A DNA stretch of 64,000 nt from Azolla caroliniana. Lineage: Eukaryota > Plantae > Polypodiophyta. A program made the translations under genes and the position numbers. Shown piece after piece: positions 26,466 to 38,159 of the stretch (position 1 is its first letter; each line of letters begins with the position of its first letter). Under the pieces are notes generated by a model, which ran no database searches, was not told the origin of the DNA, and was given only the letters and a program-made list of their open reading frames with translations. The DNA lies in NCBI GenBank assembly GCA_043228905.1, contig JBHGNT010000011.1, positions 10,230,001 to 10,294,000 on the forward strand, written 5' to 3'.

Positions 26466-29400
26466 TGATAGGGTGTTTTAGACAAAGGGTAATCTTACAC
26501 TATATGAGGGCTTGACCAAACCGGTTAGATGGAGTTGTGACTCATAATATATTATATAGATCAAGGTATCTACGAATTAGAGAGAGAGACTCAAGAAATT
26601 AAGAAAAAAGCTAGAGAAGATGAGAAAGAGATAAGATTGTTATGATATTCTAATATCAAGACAATACAAAGGAGATAAACTCCACGTTCAACTAAGAAAC
26701 CAAAGACCTTCTTACTACCAATCACTCAAACCCACAATTAAGACCCTTCCTCTTCCACTAAGACCCTTCTTCCTAATGCTCCTCCTCCTCTATTAGGATC
26801 CCCTCCGTCCACTAAGACCTTCCTTCCTAATCCTCCTCCTTTATTAGGATCCCCTCCTTCCACTAAGACCTTTCTCTATTATAATTTTCTTCTTCTTCCT
26901 CGTTCACACTATTTTTAGAAGCTTGTTATCTCCTATTTTTAGCTAAGACCCAGCGAAGGAGTTATGACCATTCATTTTTTACTATTCTTTATGGTCCGCT
27001 TTTTCTCTTTTTACTTTTCTCTTGATCTCTTACTTTTACTTTTGACTTCTTCCTAAGGTCTTGGTTCGTGTTCTTAGCTTCCAAATGTGAATTATCCATA
27101 CTTTATATTCTTCTAATGTTCAATGGCTTAGATTCTAAAAACACTTTCACATTTAGCCCTCCCCCCTGCTTGTTGAGTGAACCATTTATGGTGAACTGAA
27201 AAGAAAAAAGAAAAAGAATCTCCTGCACCTTATAGGAGGCTATAGACAATGAAAGAGTACAAATACTAAAAATATAACAAATTATTGTGTGGGAAAAAAC
27301 CCCCGTTACGTTGTAGGGAAAAAATCTCACACTTCTAGACATACACACACACACATTGACAATTGCCATCACCATCGCCATCTTTCTCCTTGTCAACACA
27401 AGGAAAGAGGTTACAACAACGATTATGTCTTTGTCAAATCTCCAAACACAAGTAGGTTCATGGGATACATAACTCTTGATAGAAGTAAGCATGTCAACAT
27501 ATGAATGAATCTTTCGAGCGAGTGAACCTTTTGCGCAAATACCTTCAAAGCTTCGAGACTTGTTGGAATGATCATCTTTTGAATTACGTTGATATTTGAA
27601 TCATCCACATCTTCTTGGCACAACACATTGTCCACACTACCTTGTTTTGTATAAATGACCATTTGATTTACAATCTCATCTCGGAAAGGAAGTGAAATTT
27701 GATCTCATTTGGTCGAATCATTCAAGGGTTTGAAATTGATCTCATTCTTCGTTGGAACCAAAACCATAGGTGACACACACTTCAAATCCTCCATCTTATA
27801 ATTGAAATTGTCTTGCAACAATGTTTTGAACTTTTCTATAACACCCAATTGCCAAAAGTTAGGGAAAATTGGGATACTTTTCTTGATGTTGATGTGGTAT
27901 TTGTTGTGAGCTTCTTCTCGTATTCTCAAACACTCGATGACCACATCCTCCACTATACCTGTGCAATTCACCACTCCACCATCTGCTACAACCACCCTTG
28001 CCGAAGATGACCTATGAATAGGAATTCCCACTTTGTTTACCACAAATTCGGAAATCAAGCTTACCCTAGCACCACTATCAACCAAGACATCTTTGATGTG
28101 AAACCCTTTGATGGAGACGAGGATGGTTGGTCGTATGTCCTTTCGATCTTCTACTCCCACGATTCCCACATAATTCACGGTCTTCTGACTTTGGCGAATA
28201 CTTGCAAGTCGGCCCCACTCCTTTCGTAATGTGGGAGATAATTGGAGAAATTGTGGCCATGTTATCCTTGGTCCACTCGATATCAATTCATGCTTCCGAT
28301 TGAAAGCTTCTACACCTTCTCCCATAGGAATATCCTCCATCTTTATCTTCCTTTCGGAGTGTCTCCTTCTCAATTTCTCCTCTTCCTCATTCTCCTTAGA
28401 CTTCTTCTTTTGTCTCGAGGCACTAGATTCTCCATCAACTTCTTTCTCCTTTTGCGAGGCCCTTGTCCTTTTCACAGGAGCTACTTCACAAGCATTATCA
28501 CTATCATCAATAAAATTAAGAAGATTCACATTATGAGGAATTGTAGGAACCTGAGCCATAGGTAGTGTTATGGCTTCGCCTCCTTCGAATCCATTGTTGA
28601 TAGGTCGTTGTCCATTCCTTTGCACTTGATACATGCCTCTTTGTTGTCGATGAGGACATCTTGTTGAGATGTGTCCCTCCTCTTGACAAGAATAACAAAT
28701 TTCACCTTGATTCCCTCTAGAACCACCACCATCTGGAAGGAAGAGAGAAAGAAGATACATAAATCCAAGTCTACAAAGATATATGGATAACAACATAACC
28801 ACACTACATGAATAGGCAAGAAAAACACCACAAGAAGTAGACCCCCTCTTCCACCACTTTACTCTTCTTGCTTTATATGAAGTTCTCCTCTACTAGATAA
28901 GTTTCCCTTGTTTTCTTTTCCATGCTTTTTTTAGAGATTTTCCATCTCTTATTCTTAGCTATGACACAACGATCTTCTAATCGTCATATCTCCCTTATCC
29001 AAGCTCCAAAAATCTATGGATAGCTCTCTTCATAAGCTTTCTAAATTTGAACATGATATTTGGCGTCGAAACGAATGAGTTATGAGCGTTCGTTTCAGAC
29101 TATCTTTTGGTGGCCCGCGTTTTTCTTCTTTTACTTTTCTCCATGTATCTTGCTTTTAGTTTGACTTATCCTCAAGACCTTGATTCGTGTTCTTACCCTC
29201 TGGATGTGAATGCACCATACCTTATATTCCTGTAGACTTCAATACCTTGAATTCTAAAAACATTTTCACATTTAGCCCTCCCCCTTGTATCTTGGTGAAC
29301 CATTTATGGTGAACCCTAAGCTACTAATAAAACCAAAGATTCTCCTTCGCCTTATTCATGGCTATAGACAAAGAAGGAGAGAATAAATAAAAAGGAAACA

Positions 29401-32224
29401 AATTATGTGAGTAAAAAACCCCGCTAGTCGATAGGAAAAACCTCACACTTCTAAACACACACACACATATTGACAATTGTCATCACCATCTTTGTCCTTG
29501 TCAACACAAAGAAAGAGGTTACAACAATTAGTATATCTTCATCAACTTTCCAAACACAAGTAGGTCCATGCGATACATAACTCTTGATAGAAGTAACCAT
29601 GTCAACATATGAATAAATCTTTCAAGCGAGCGAACCTTCTGCACAAACACATTCAAAGCTTTGAGACTTTTCGGAGTTGTCACCTTTTGAATTGCTTTGA
29701 TCTTTGATTCCACGTGAATTCCTTTTTGGCACATGACATTCTCCACACTAGCTTGTTTTTTATGTTTGACCATTTCATCTATAATCTCATCTCGAAAAGG
29801 AAGCAAAAATAGATCTTGTCTCATTGAATCATTCAAGGGTTGGAAGTTGATGTCTTTCTCCTTTGGAACCACAACAATAGGTGATATACACTTCAAATCC
29901 TCCATATGATAAATGAAACTCTCTTGTAACAATGCTTTATGATCTTTCTTTTGCACAACCTTAGATTCTTGAAGAGTTTGGGCAATTGGTACCTTCAACT
30001 TGGTAAGGTCTTTGAAGCAATCTTCTCCTTTTATATGTGAATAGACTTTTATGAATAACTTTGGAAACTTAGAAAAAAGAGAAATAAACCTTAGATCCTC
30101 TTCTCCTTGTACATCGTTTGAAATCATCTTCTTTTCCCTCTTTAGGGTGATAATACTTTTCTCTTCAATGACTTCTTCTTCCTCCTTAGACACCATGTGG
30201 AATGATTTGTTTTCCCTATCCCACGAAGATTCATCAATTGTTACGCTTTCCTCTTCTTGCTTGCCATTGTGGATAGATGATTCCTTCTCCTTTATACATT
30301 TGATTAGTTGTGGTGAATCCTTTGATGGTGATAAGTTCATGATACTCCAATCATGCATTACAAGTAATTCTCTTGGCTCTTGATCAAATCGTTGTTGAAG
30401 AGTTTATGCCCACATAACTTTGTTGCTAATCAATGCAAATCCAAAACACAAATCTTGCACGAACACCTTCATGCACTGCAACTTGGCACTTACCAATGCT
30501 TCCTTACACGCATTGATCTCAAAAAGCCAATCTCCAGCTATCACTTCCAGGTTACCTTCTTCATCTTGCAACTCCCTTGTGGGTACTTCACCATCAACAA
30601 CTTTTTCTGTCATATCTTCCATTTCATCTTGCACATTTTCATCATCAACCACCATATCGCTTGTTGTATCAATAATGTCCTCAACATGATGTACATTGGC
30701 ATCACCATCCATAGAATTGCTTCTCATAAGAATCTCCTTGGATTCGTCTTTCACATCATCATTCTTTATATCATGGTTGTCCTCATGAACTATATGGGGG
30801 AACTCCACATTCCTCACCTCTTCTTCTTTGTCTTTGGAATCACCTTCATAGACCTAATTATAACTCCAAAAATTAGAATAATGATATGAGGGAATCTGTT
30901 GAATCGGACATTGCAAGTATGTTGGTTGTTGTCTCATGACCGATCCACAATTATTATAGCATGAATTTATGTAATATGACATCGATACTCCATATGCTTC
31001 ACTGAATAACAACTTCTTCAATTGTTGATCATAACTTTGACATACTCGAAGCAAATCATGGAAAGACCTTGGGTACTTCATATGCACTTCATATTGAAAA
31101 TATGGATCTATCCTTGCTTTGAATCTTTGCATCTTCAGGTATACATCTTCAATGCCTCCAACAAGTCGAATCCAAGTGGACCATACATCCAAAAACGTCT
31201 TCTCATAATCAAGGTAGCACATTGATGAAACCATACACAATTGGAAAAGTTCTCTTCGTAGATCTATCGCATCGCGAACTCCATAACTTGCCATCAGTTT
31301 GATGATGAATCGGTAGATCCAACCATCAATGAGTGGACGACCGTTCCTCCCCTTATACGGAAAGGATTGACTCTCCCTGGAGCGCCAAAATGATAGGGTG
31401 TTTTAGACAAAGGGTAATCTTACACTATATGAGGGCTTGACCAAATTGGTTAGATGGAGTTGTGCTCATAATATATTATATAGATCAAGGTATCTACGAA
31501 TTATAGAGAGAGACTCAAGAAATTAAGAAAAAAGCTAGAGAAGATGAGAAAGAGATAAGATTGTTATGATATTCCAATATCAAGACAATACAAAGGAGAT
31601 AAACTCCACATTCAACTAAGAAACCAAAGATCTTCTTACTAGCAATCACTCAAACCCACAATTAAGACCCTTCCTCTTCCACTAAGACCCTTCTTCCTAA
31701 TCCTCCTCCTCCTCTATTAGGATCCCCTCCTTCCACTAAGACCTTTCTTCCTAATCCTTCTCCTCTATTAGGATCCCCTCCTTCCACCAAGACCTTCCTT
31801 CCTAATCCTCCTCCTTCTCTATTAGGATCCCCTCCTTCAACTAAGACCTTTCTCTATTATAATTTTCTTCTTCTTCCTCCCCGTTCACGCTATTTTTAGA
31901 AGCTTGTTATCTCCTATTTTTAGCTAAGACCCAACGACCTCCTATTTTTAGTGATTTAAAATGCTAAAAATAGCTCTCTGTACAAGATTTCTAACCCATA
32001 TTTAAACATAATATTTGGGTGAAAAATGAAGGAGTTATGACCATTCCTTTGTTACTGTTTTTTATGGTCCACTTTTTCTCTTTTTACTTTTCTCTTGGTC
32101 TCTTACTTTTACTTTTGACTTCTTCCTAAGGTCTTGGTTCGTGTTCTTAGCCTCCAAATGTGAATTATCCATACTTTATATTCTTCTAATGTTCAATGGC
32201 TTAGATTCTAAAAACACTTTCACA
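26466..32224 (-). mobile_element. Non-autonomous LTR retroelement T with mosaic gag/PR/RT remnants
   Basis: LTRs 31391-32224 and 26466-27151 with perfect TSD TATGG (26461-65 / 32225-29). PBS TGGCGCTCCAGGG adjacent to the 5' LTR and PPT at 27152-27166. Zinc knuckle CYSCQEEGHISTRC, protease LVDSGARVSL, RT scraps (SPIVVVPK, PLND). Confidence 0.88.
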
Positions 32225-34595
32225 TATGGTAGTAGCTAATTAGCTAAGTGGTAGCTAATTAGCTACTCAACTAAAGTATCGTAGTAGCTAACTAGCTACT
32301 GTACTAAACTATGGTAGTAGCTAATTAGCTACTGCTTAGCCATAGAGATCATTAGTATGTCCATTTTATTACACAGGTCGATTTATTTATTAGGTTTAGG
32401 CAAATGCATCCAAATATCAAAGTTCAACTATGAACATTCGAGTCTCTTAAGCCATACTTTGTGAGACACTTGAAGGATCGATACACATGTTTTTGCATTT
32501 ACCATGTACAAATGGGTTTTCTCAAGGACTCTGTTAATCTACTATGTCACCATAGGGCCTCCCTAACAAATGCAGTTTGTACTTGTGTGTGCCCAATTTG
32601 TCGATCGAGCCCGCATGAGCACTGTAAATCATTTAGGCATGTTATCTCTTCCATGAGTTGTCTTTTAGATTCAGTATTGTGTCCAACAGAAACTGAGGCC
32701 ATCTTCCACAGTCATAAATGTGTCATGGGTTTATGTCAAGATTGTGGCCCTAGTAGATTTAGGTGATGTCCAAATGAATTGAGTAGTGAAATACTAATCT
32801 CTGTCAAGTTATTTGAGTCTGTTGACACCAATTTCGAAGGAAAGGTGTGTAAAGAAAGGATCTTGTTAGGAAGTTGCTTAAACCAAGGGATTTGGCGTCT
32901 CTACTTGTAGTATCTCGAGGAAAGTTCATTAAACAAAACTTCATTTATTCATGGCAAGCCCATCAGTTTAAGAATTGCATATCTGATTTTCCAAATGATG
33001 TAGTAGACTCAGTAGTAGATTTCATAGAGAATTATACTTTCAAACAGCAGAATGAAATTCAATCTATGCATTGGTGTTCCGCGCAGGTAACTATTTTTGT
33101 GCACATAACATATTTTCGAGTTTCAGGTGATGTTAAAAAAGTAATTCATTTCTTTATTTCTGATGATAAGAAGCATGATACCTTGTTCGTCTAACATTGT
33201 TTAAACTTACATTGGCAATGGTTATTAGCTAAACGTTTGGAGCTTACTCAACGTTGGGTCTGGTCTGATGGAGCTGCGTCAAAAATCAAGGCTAGACGTC
33301 CATTTTATTTTGTGGGCAGGTATCCTTCTATAATAGGTTTGGAGATGAGATGGAATTTTTTTGGGTCTTGCCATGGTAAAGGTGAACATGATGGTGCAGG
33401 TGTTGTTATAAAGCGGGCACTTACCCATGAACAACTAAAGGCAGATGGTGTGCAGATGAATTGTGCATCACATGTAGTTGAATTTTTAAGAGCTAATATG
33501 TCAACGAGTGCAACTGGTGTTTATTCCTCGCAGGTCCGAGATATCAAACTTGAATTTTGGGAAGTGAAGATAGATGAAGTAAATAGGGAGAAGACCTGGG
33601 AGTGCCAAGGAATTCCCGAATTGCGATCTCTCCATGTTGTTCGCGGTTATTCTAGGTTGGATTGTCATTGTATTGCGGTTAGAGAATTAACTTGTTTTTG
33701 CTTCCATTGTGTGCAAGGAAATTGGAGGTATTGTTGAAACAAAGCATATATTCAGAATTGGGAGTATCATACATTGAACAATATGGAAGCAGTTGATGGA
33801 GAAACATAAAAGAATGCTGACTTCACATATCAAGGACGCGGAGATACTCTGAGTGATGTCTTAAATGTTGGGGATAATTTTGTTGTAAATGCAAAAGAAG
33901 GCAATTCATAGGGTGCTGATTTTTATATATTGAAGTGCACAGTTAGTAAACAGTGTGTAACGCAGAATATATTAGATGCTTGGGGAAATGTTGTATCTAC
34001 CGGGACATTCTACATCAAAGGTATTTTTTATGCAAGACTAGATGATTACGATTATGTGTATAGGCTATTAGAAGACAAACCAGTGGCGTACATGTACTCT
34101 CATTTGGTCAGGTGCATCAATGTCCCAATGTCGCAATACAATAGTTGCTCAGGTTTATACATAGTTAGTGCTAATGTGTATTAATGTATTTACAACAGTA
34201 TGCCATGGAATTTGTAGCTACAAGTAGTAATTACCAGTTTTCAAACAAAGCAAATGTATTGCAAATAAATAGTTTAATGGACCTGTTTGGGAGTTTTTAT
34301 TATTATATACAATCTACATTTTGTGCTTCTTTCTCAACAAAATCGTGTGTCATTTTTATATACAGTCTTCTTTCTTATATATAGTTTAATAACATCATTT
34401 AGGGTTCTTCTTTCTGAGATACAGATTTACTCAAGTGAACCATGTACAAGTTAAAATAGTTTGCATAATTTTAAGAAAAAGCACTATCATGAAATCAGCA
34501 ATCCTGAACATACTCTTAAAATTACACAGTAGATAAGTTACTCAAAACAAGCTATTTAATTCTTCATTGATTAAGTGGTAGCAAATTACATATTT

Positions 34596-35583
34596 ATAAC
34601 ATCCCATTGCCAATGTCTTGAAATCGCCTATAAACAGCTAAGCTCTTGCTGGTCAGTGGAACTTCTCTACATATATGATCTACATACCGAGCTCGGTATG
34701 GAGTCCACAACCATGTAGCTAGTTGGCAGCTCAATGTTTTCACCAAATAGTGTTAAGGTATTTCATCGGGTAGAATGAGACAACATCTGCGAATGTTGAA
34801 GTAATGTCGGAAATGTTCTGTATCCAGAATCAACGTATTGTCGAGATTATAATCTGGCCAAGTGTCCCACAAATCAGAAAGTCTTTTGAATCTTGCAACA
34901 TCATTCTGCTCACAATTCTCCTGTGTCCACTGACCCTTAAAATGTTGTCGCCACTTCGGGAAGAATCTTTCTACACACTTCCACACATCTGTACGTGGTT
35001 TTTCGCTCCAAATAAACAAATCAAAGTATTGCACAACCCACTCTAGAAATTGATTTGCGTCCCTCCTTGGTGTCATATATCGCACACTCATCAGGCCTTT
35101 ATCAAGCTCCAAGATCAAGGCTCTTCTGTTGACTTCTAATGGTTTCGGTTTCCATTCCTATAACTGAGCCTCCGTTACACCAATTACTGGTAGCACACGA
35201 TCAATTTCAATCAACTCAGGTTCTGTCGGCACAATTGGTGTCCTTTTCCTCTTCAAACCCTTGGTCGACTGTGTTATAGCCGACTTCACATTCTGGTGCT
35301 CCTGTGTTGTCGACTTAGTCATTAGCTCAGTGCATGTAGATATCGATCTGGTCGATATCATCCCACTGGTATCACATGCTGCATCTACCTGCAAAATCAG
35401 ATCATCTGTGCAACATGTTGCAGCTACCTGCAAAATCAGATCATCTGTGCAACATGCTTGATCAACTTGCGTGACCAGATCATTTGTGTTAGTTGCTACA
35501 TCTACTTTCAAGATGTGGCCCTCTAAACACACAACAACATCAATAGTTTCCACACTGCCAAATAGATCATAGTAAAACTTCAT
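34596..35583 (-). pseudogene. FCP1/NIF (CTD-phosphatase-like HAD) domain cargo gene, degenerate active site
   Basis: ORFs 35158-35583 and 34753-35118 share a frame. LILELDKGL...RRDANQFLEW...FDLFIWS...KRLSDLW...YNLDNTLILD resembles the NIF pattern LVLDLD..L / RP..FL / IWS / KDL / NT+L+DD. Confidence 0.6.
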
Positions 35584-36004
35584 AAAACCCTAAGAAAATC
35601 GCTAACAATCATATCCCACTAATAAGTATTTCACTCCAATTCAAGAGCCCCTTGATGGAGTAACTGGTCTTGTCCCCGATCGTGGCCCCTTCTTCAGCCT
35701 TTTTCTAGCCGGTTGCCCATTTAGCCTTGCTTCTTTGACCCATTGCGCAAGTGTGTCCTCCTCCAAAAACCTTTACATCACCTCAACAACGGCTTGCAGG
35801 TCAGCCACATCTTGCACTAGCTTTTCCAGTACAGTGGGATCTTAAGACTGGCGTTGAACCGATTTGGTTCAAAATAATGCCTTGTGCCTCTTTTTATAGT
35901 GTTCTTAGGAGTACTCCGGAAGTTTCTAGAATGTTCCAAAGAAATCTGGAATATACATCAATTTCCTATAGTAAAACTTAAATGAAAATAATATCTTTCG
36001 TATT

Positions 36005-36077
36005 ACAACATATAGTCTAATGGTCAAGAGCTCGACCCATGTAACATAAGGTCATACGTTCGAGTCTTGCCATATCA
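36005..36077 (+). promoter_or_regulatory. tRNA-like A-box/B-box module in Y 3' LTR (antisense to element)
   Basis: TAGTCTAATGG-TCAAGA...AGGTC-ATACG-TTCGAGTC with 35-nt spacing. Confidence 0.7.
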
Positions 36078-37561
36078 TGACACTATCCCTCTCTTTAAAA
36101 CGACGAGTGTCACAAGTTGTTTTGGATTGAGGACCCAGTTTGTCTGGATATTGACGATGGAAGTCTTCAAGAAGAGCATGAGCATTGGTCACATTCTCTA
36201 TTGGTTCCCAAGTACGCTCGTTGGGACTATATCCTAGCCAGTCGACTAAATAGTAGAGCTTGTTGTGAGCAATCTTAGAATCGAGGATGGCGGCAACCTC
36301 GTACTCAGGTCCATCTTCAAGTTAGATCGAGGGTGGAGGTTGTTTAATATGACCTGGGATGGTGCTATCTTGATAGGGTTCGAAGAGAGAACTATGAAAC
36401 ACATGATGTATCTAAAGTTGTGGAGGTAGATCGAGACAAAAAGCAACATCATTCATTTTTCCAATAATACGGAAAGGACCTAATCGCCAATAATCCAACT
36501 TCTCGCATGGGCGAGTAGTCTTGATGTGTCATCTTAGTAGCCATACCCAATCTCCAATGTTAAAACTGGATCGAAGCCGATGACAATCTGCGTAAACCTT
36601 GTGTGTTTGTTGAGCTTGATGTAGATGAGCAAATAAATCCGCTTGTATCTTGCGTAACCGCTCCAAACGATCCTTTGTACAAGAATTAGTGGGTACCTCT
36701 AGGGTTTCAAATACACACCACCGGGGGTGACAACCCGTATAAGCATAAAATGGTGTAACCTTTGTCGATGAGTGGACAGAGTTATTATATACGCAAATTC
36801 GGCGAAGTGGATAATATTAGCCCAGTCATCTTGATGATAGCTTAGAAAGCACCGAAGATACTGCTCCAGCATTTGATTTGTTCATTTTGCTTGGTCGTCT
36901 CTTGCGGGTGGTAGCCAGAGCAAAGGTTACAAGTGACCTTGAGCATTTTAATGAGGTGCTTCAAGAATTTCGAGACGAACTGGCATCCACGGTCTTTGAT
37001 GATACTATCAGGAAGGCCATGATGCCGACATACTTCACGCTGTCGTGAAGATTTTCGGCAATAGTGTGAAAATCCCATAAAATGTACGAAATCGAGTATG
37101 AATCACATAGTACAATAATTGTGAAGATAACATTTTAAATAGATTTAATATCTAAGTACAAAATGATGGAGGTTCCGAATGCACTTTATTACATGAGAAA
37201 CGGACAACTAAATGTCAAGATATGAGGGTATAAAGTTTGTGAAAGGAAAAGAGAAAATTGTGAGATATCCCACATAGGCATGACAAATACAGCTCTCATC
37301 ATATATAAGGTGGAGCAAAAGATATTATCTTTGTGTCTATGTGTGGGCCATAGAGAGTTCAAGGTAACTTGAACTAAGAGTGGAGGTGGGCTAGCTACTC
37401 CTAAAGGGTTTTTGGCCAACCAAAACCGAACCGGCGAGGCACCGGTAACCGACGGCATCCGGCGACGCACCAGTAACCGACGACATTCGGCGACGCACGG
37501 TTCGCCCGGCGACTAGATAAATATATATATAAATATATATACATATTTACATATACAAGGA

Positions 37562-37630
37562 GGGCAAGTAAGGATTCAAACCTTGCACCTCCAAGTTAGG
37601 AGTCAATTGGATTACCATTAAGCCATGCTA
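37562..37630 (-). promoter_or_regulatory. tRNA-like module in V 5' LTR
   Basis: Minus strand TGGCTTAATGG...GGTTTGAATCC, a variant of the copy at 44478-44546. Confidence 0.65.
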
Positions 37631-38100
37631 TTTAGTTCAAATTATATTTCTATCATTGTACTTTTACATGTAAATTCTCATACATGAGAGCTAAAATGAG
37701 TGACATGGTTATCATGCACCACATGTAATACTTAAGCGCCAATTGGCAAACATGCAATTTATGCATGTCTTGTACCCTCACATGCATCATATGCATGAGA
37801 GCATCTATAAAAGAGGGAAGGGGGAGGAGAAAAAACACGGTTTTTTTTATGAAAATTAAGAGGAAGAAATTCGTTATCAAATTGATCGTGTAACTTGTTT
37901 CTTAAATCTAAAGTTAAAAGTTCAATCAATCTCTCTCAATCGTGTAATCTCAACTTCTCTCTTTCCCAATCTATCTTAAGTACTTTCTCGCTAAAGCTTG
38001 CGCCAAAGCTTGTACCAACTTTGAATCCTTCTGGTCCAGAACCCCGGCGGTTCCGCCTCACGATCCGCGCGTAGTGACGGATCTTCACGACATAATTAAG

Positions 38101-38118
38101 TGGTGAACCCGATGTGAA
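38101..38118 (+). other. Primer-binding site complementary to plant tRNA-Trp 3' end
   Basis: TGGTGAACCCGATGTGAA versus expected TGGTGAACCCGACGTGAA (recalled plant tRNA-Trp ending CACGTCGGGTTCA-CCA). Confidence 0.75.
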
Positions 38119-38159
38119 AGAGGCGGTAGGAAGGATCAAGTCGAGATTAATACTTGGAG

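Larger units (their letters stand above)
24258..34184 (+). pseudogene. Spliced DDD-type transposase pseudogene (exon to 24896; intron 24897-32376; exon from 32377)
   Basis: CAG|GTATTT donor and TTATTACACAG|GTC acceptor join in phase 0 (HLLDVPQ|VDLFIRF...LKPYFV...CFCIYH). Catalytic-core motifs lie at 32874-33737, with several stops and frameshifts. Confidence 0.72.
23229..35839 (+). mobile_element. Sola-like (probably Sola2) DNA transposon, right end apparently deleted
   Basis: It interrupts the Y LTR, and 17 bp of the LTR are missing relative to the copy at 53519-53535. It starts GGG, has subterminal repeats, and has transposase motifs VDFIENY..QNEIQSMHW, WSDGAAS, HGKGEHDGAG..IKR. The superfamily assignment is from memory of the motifs and not confirmed. 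Confidence 0.65.
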
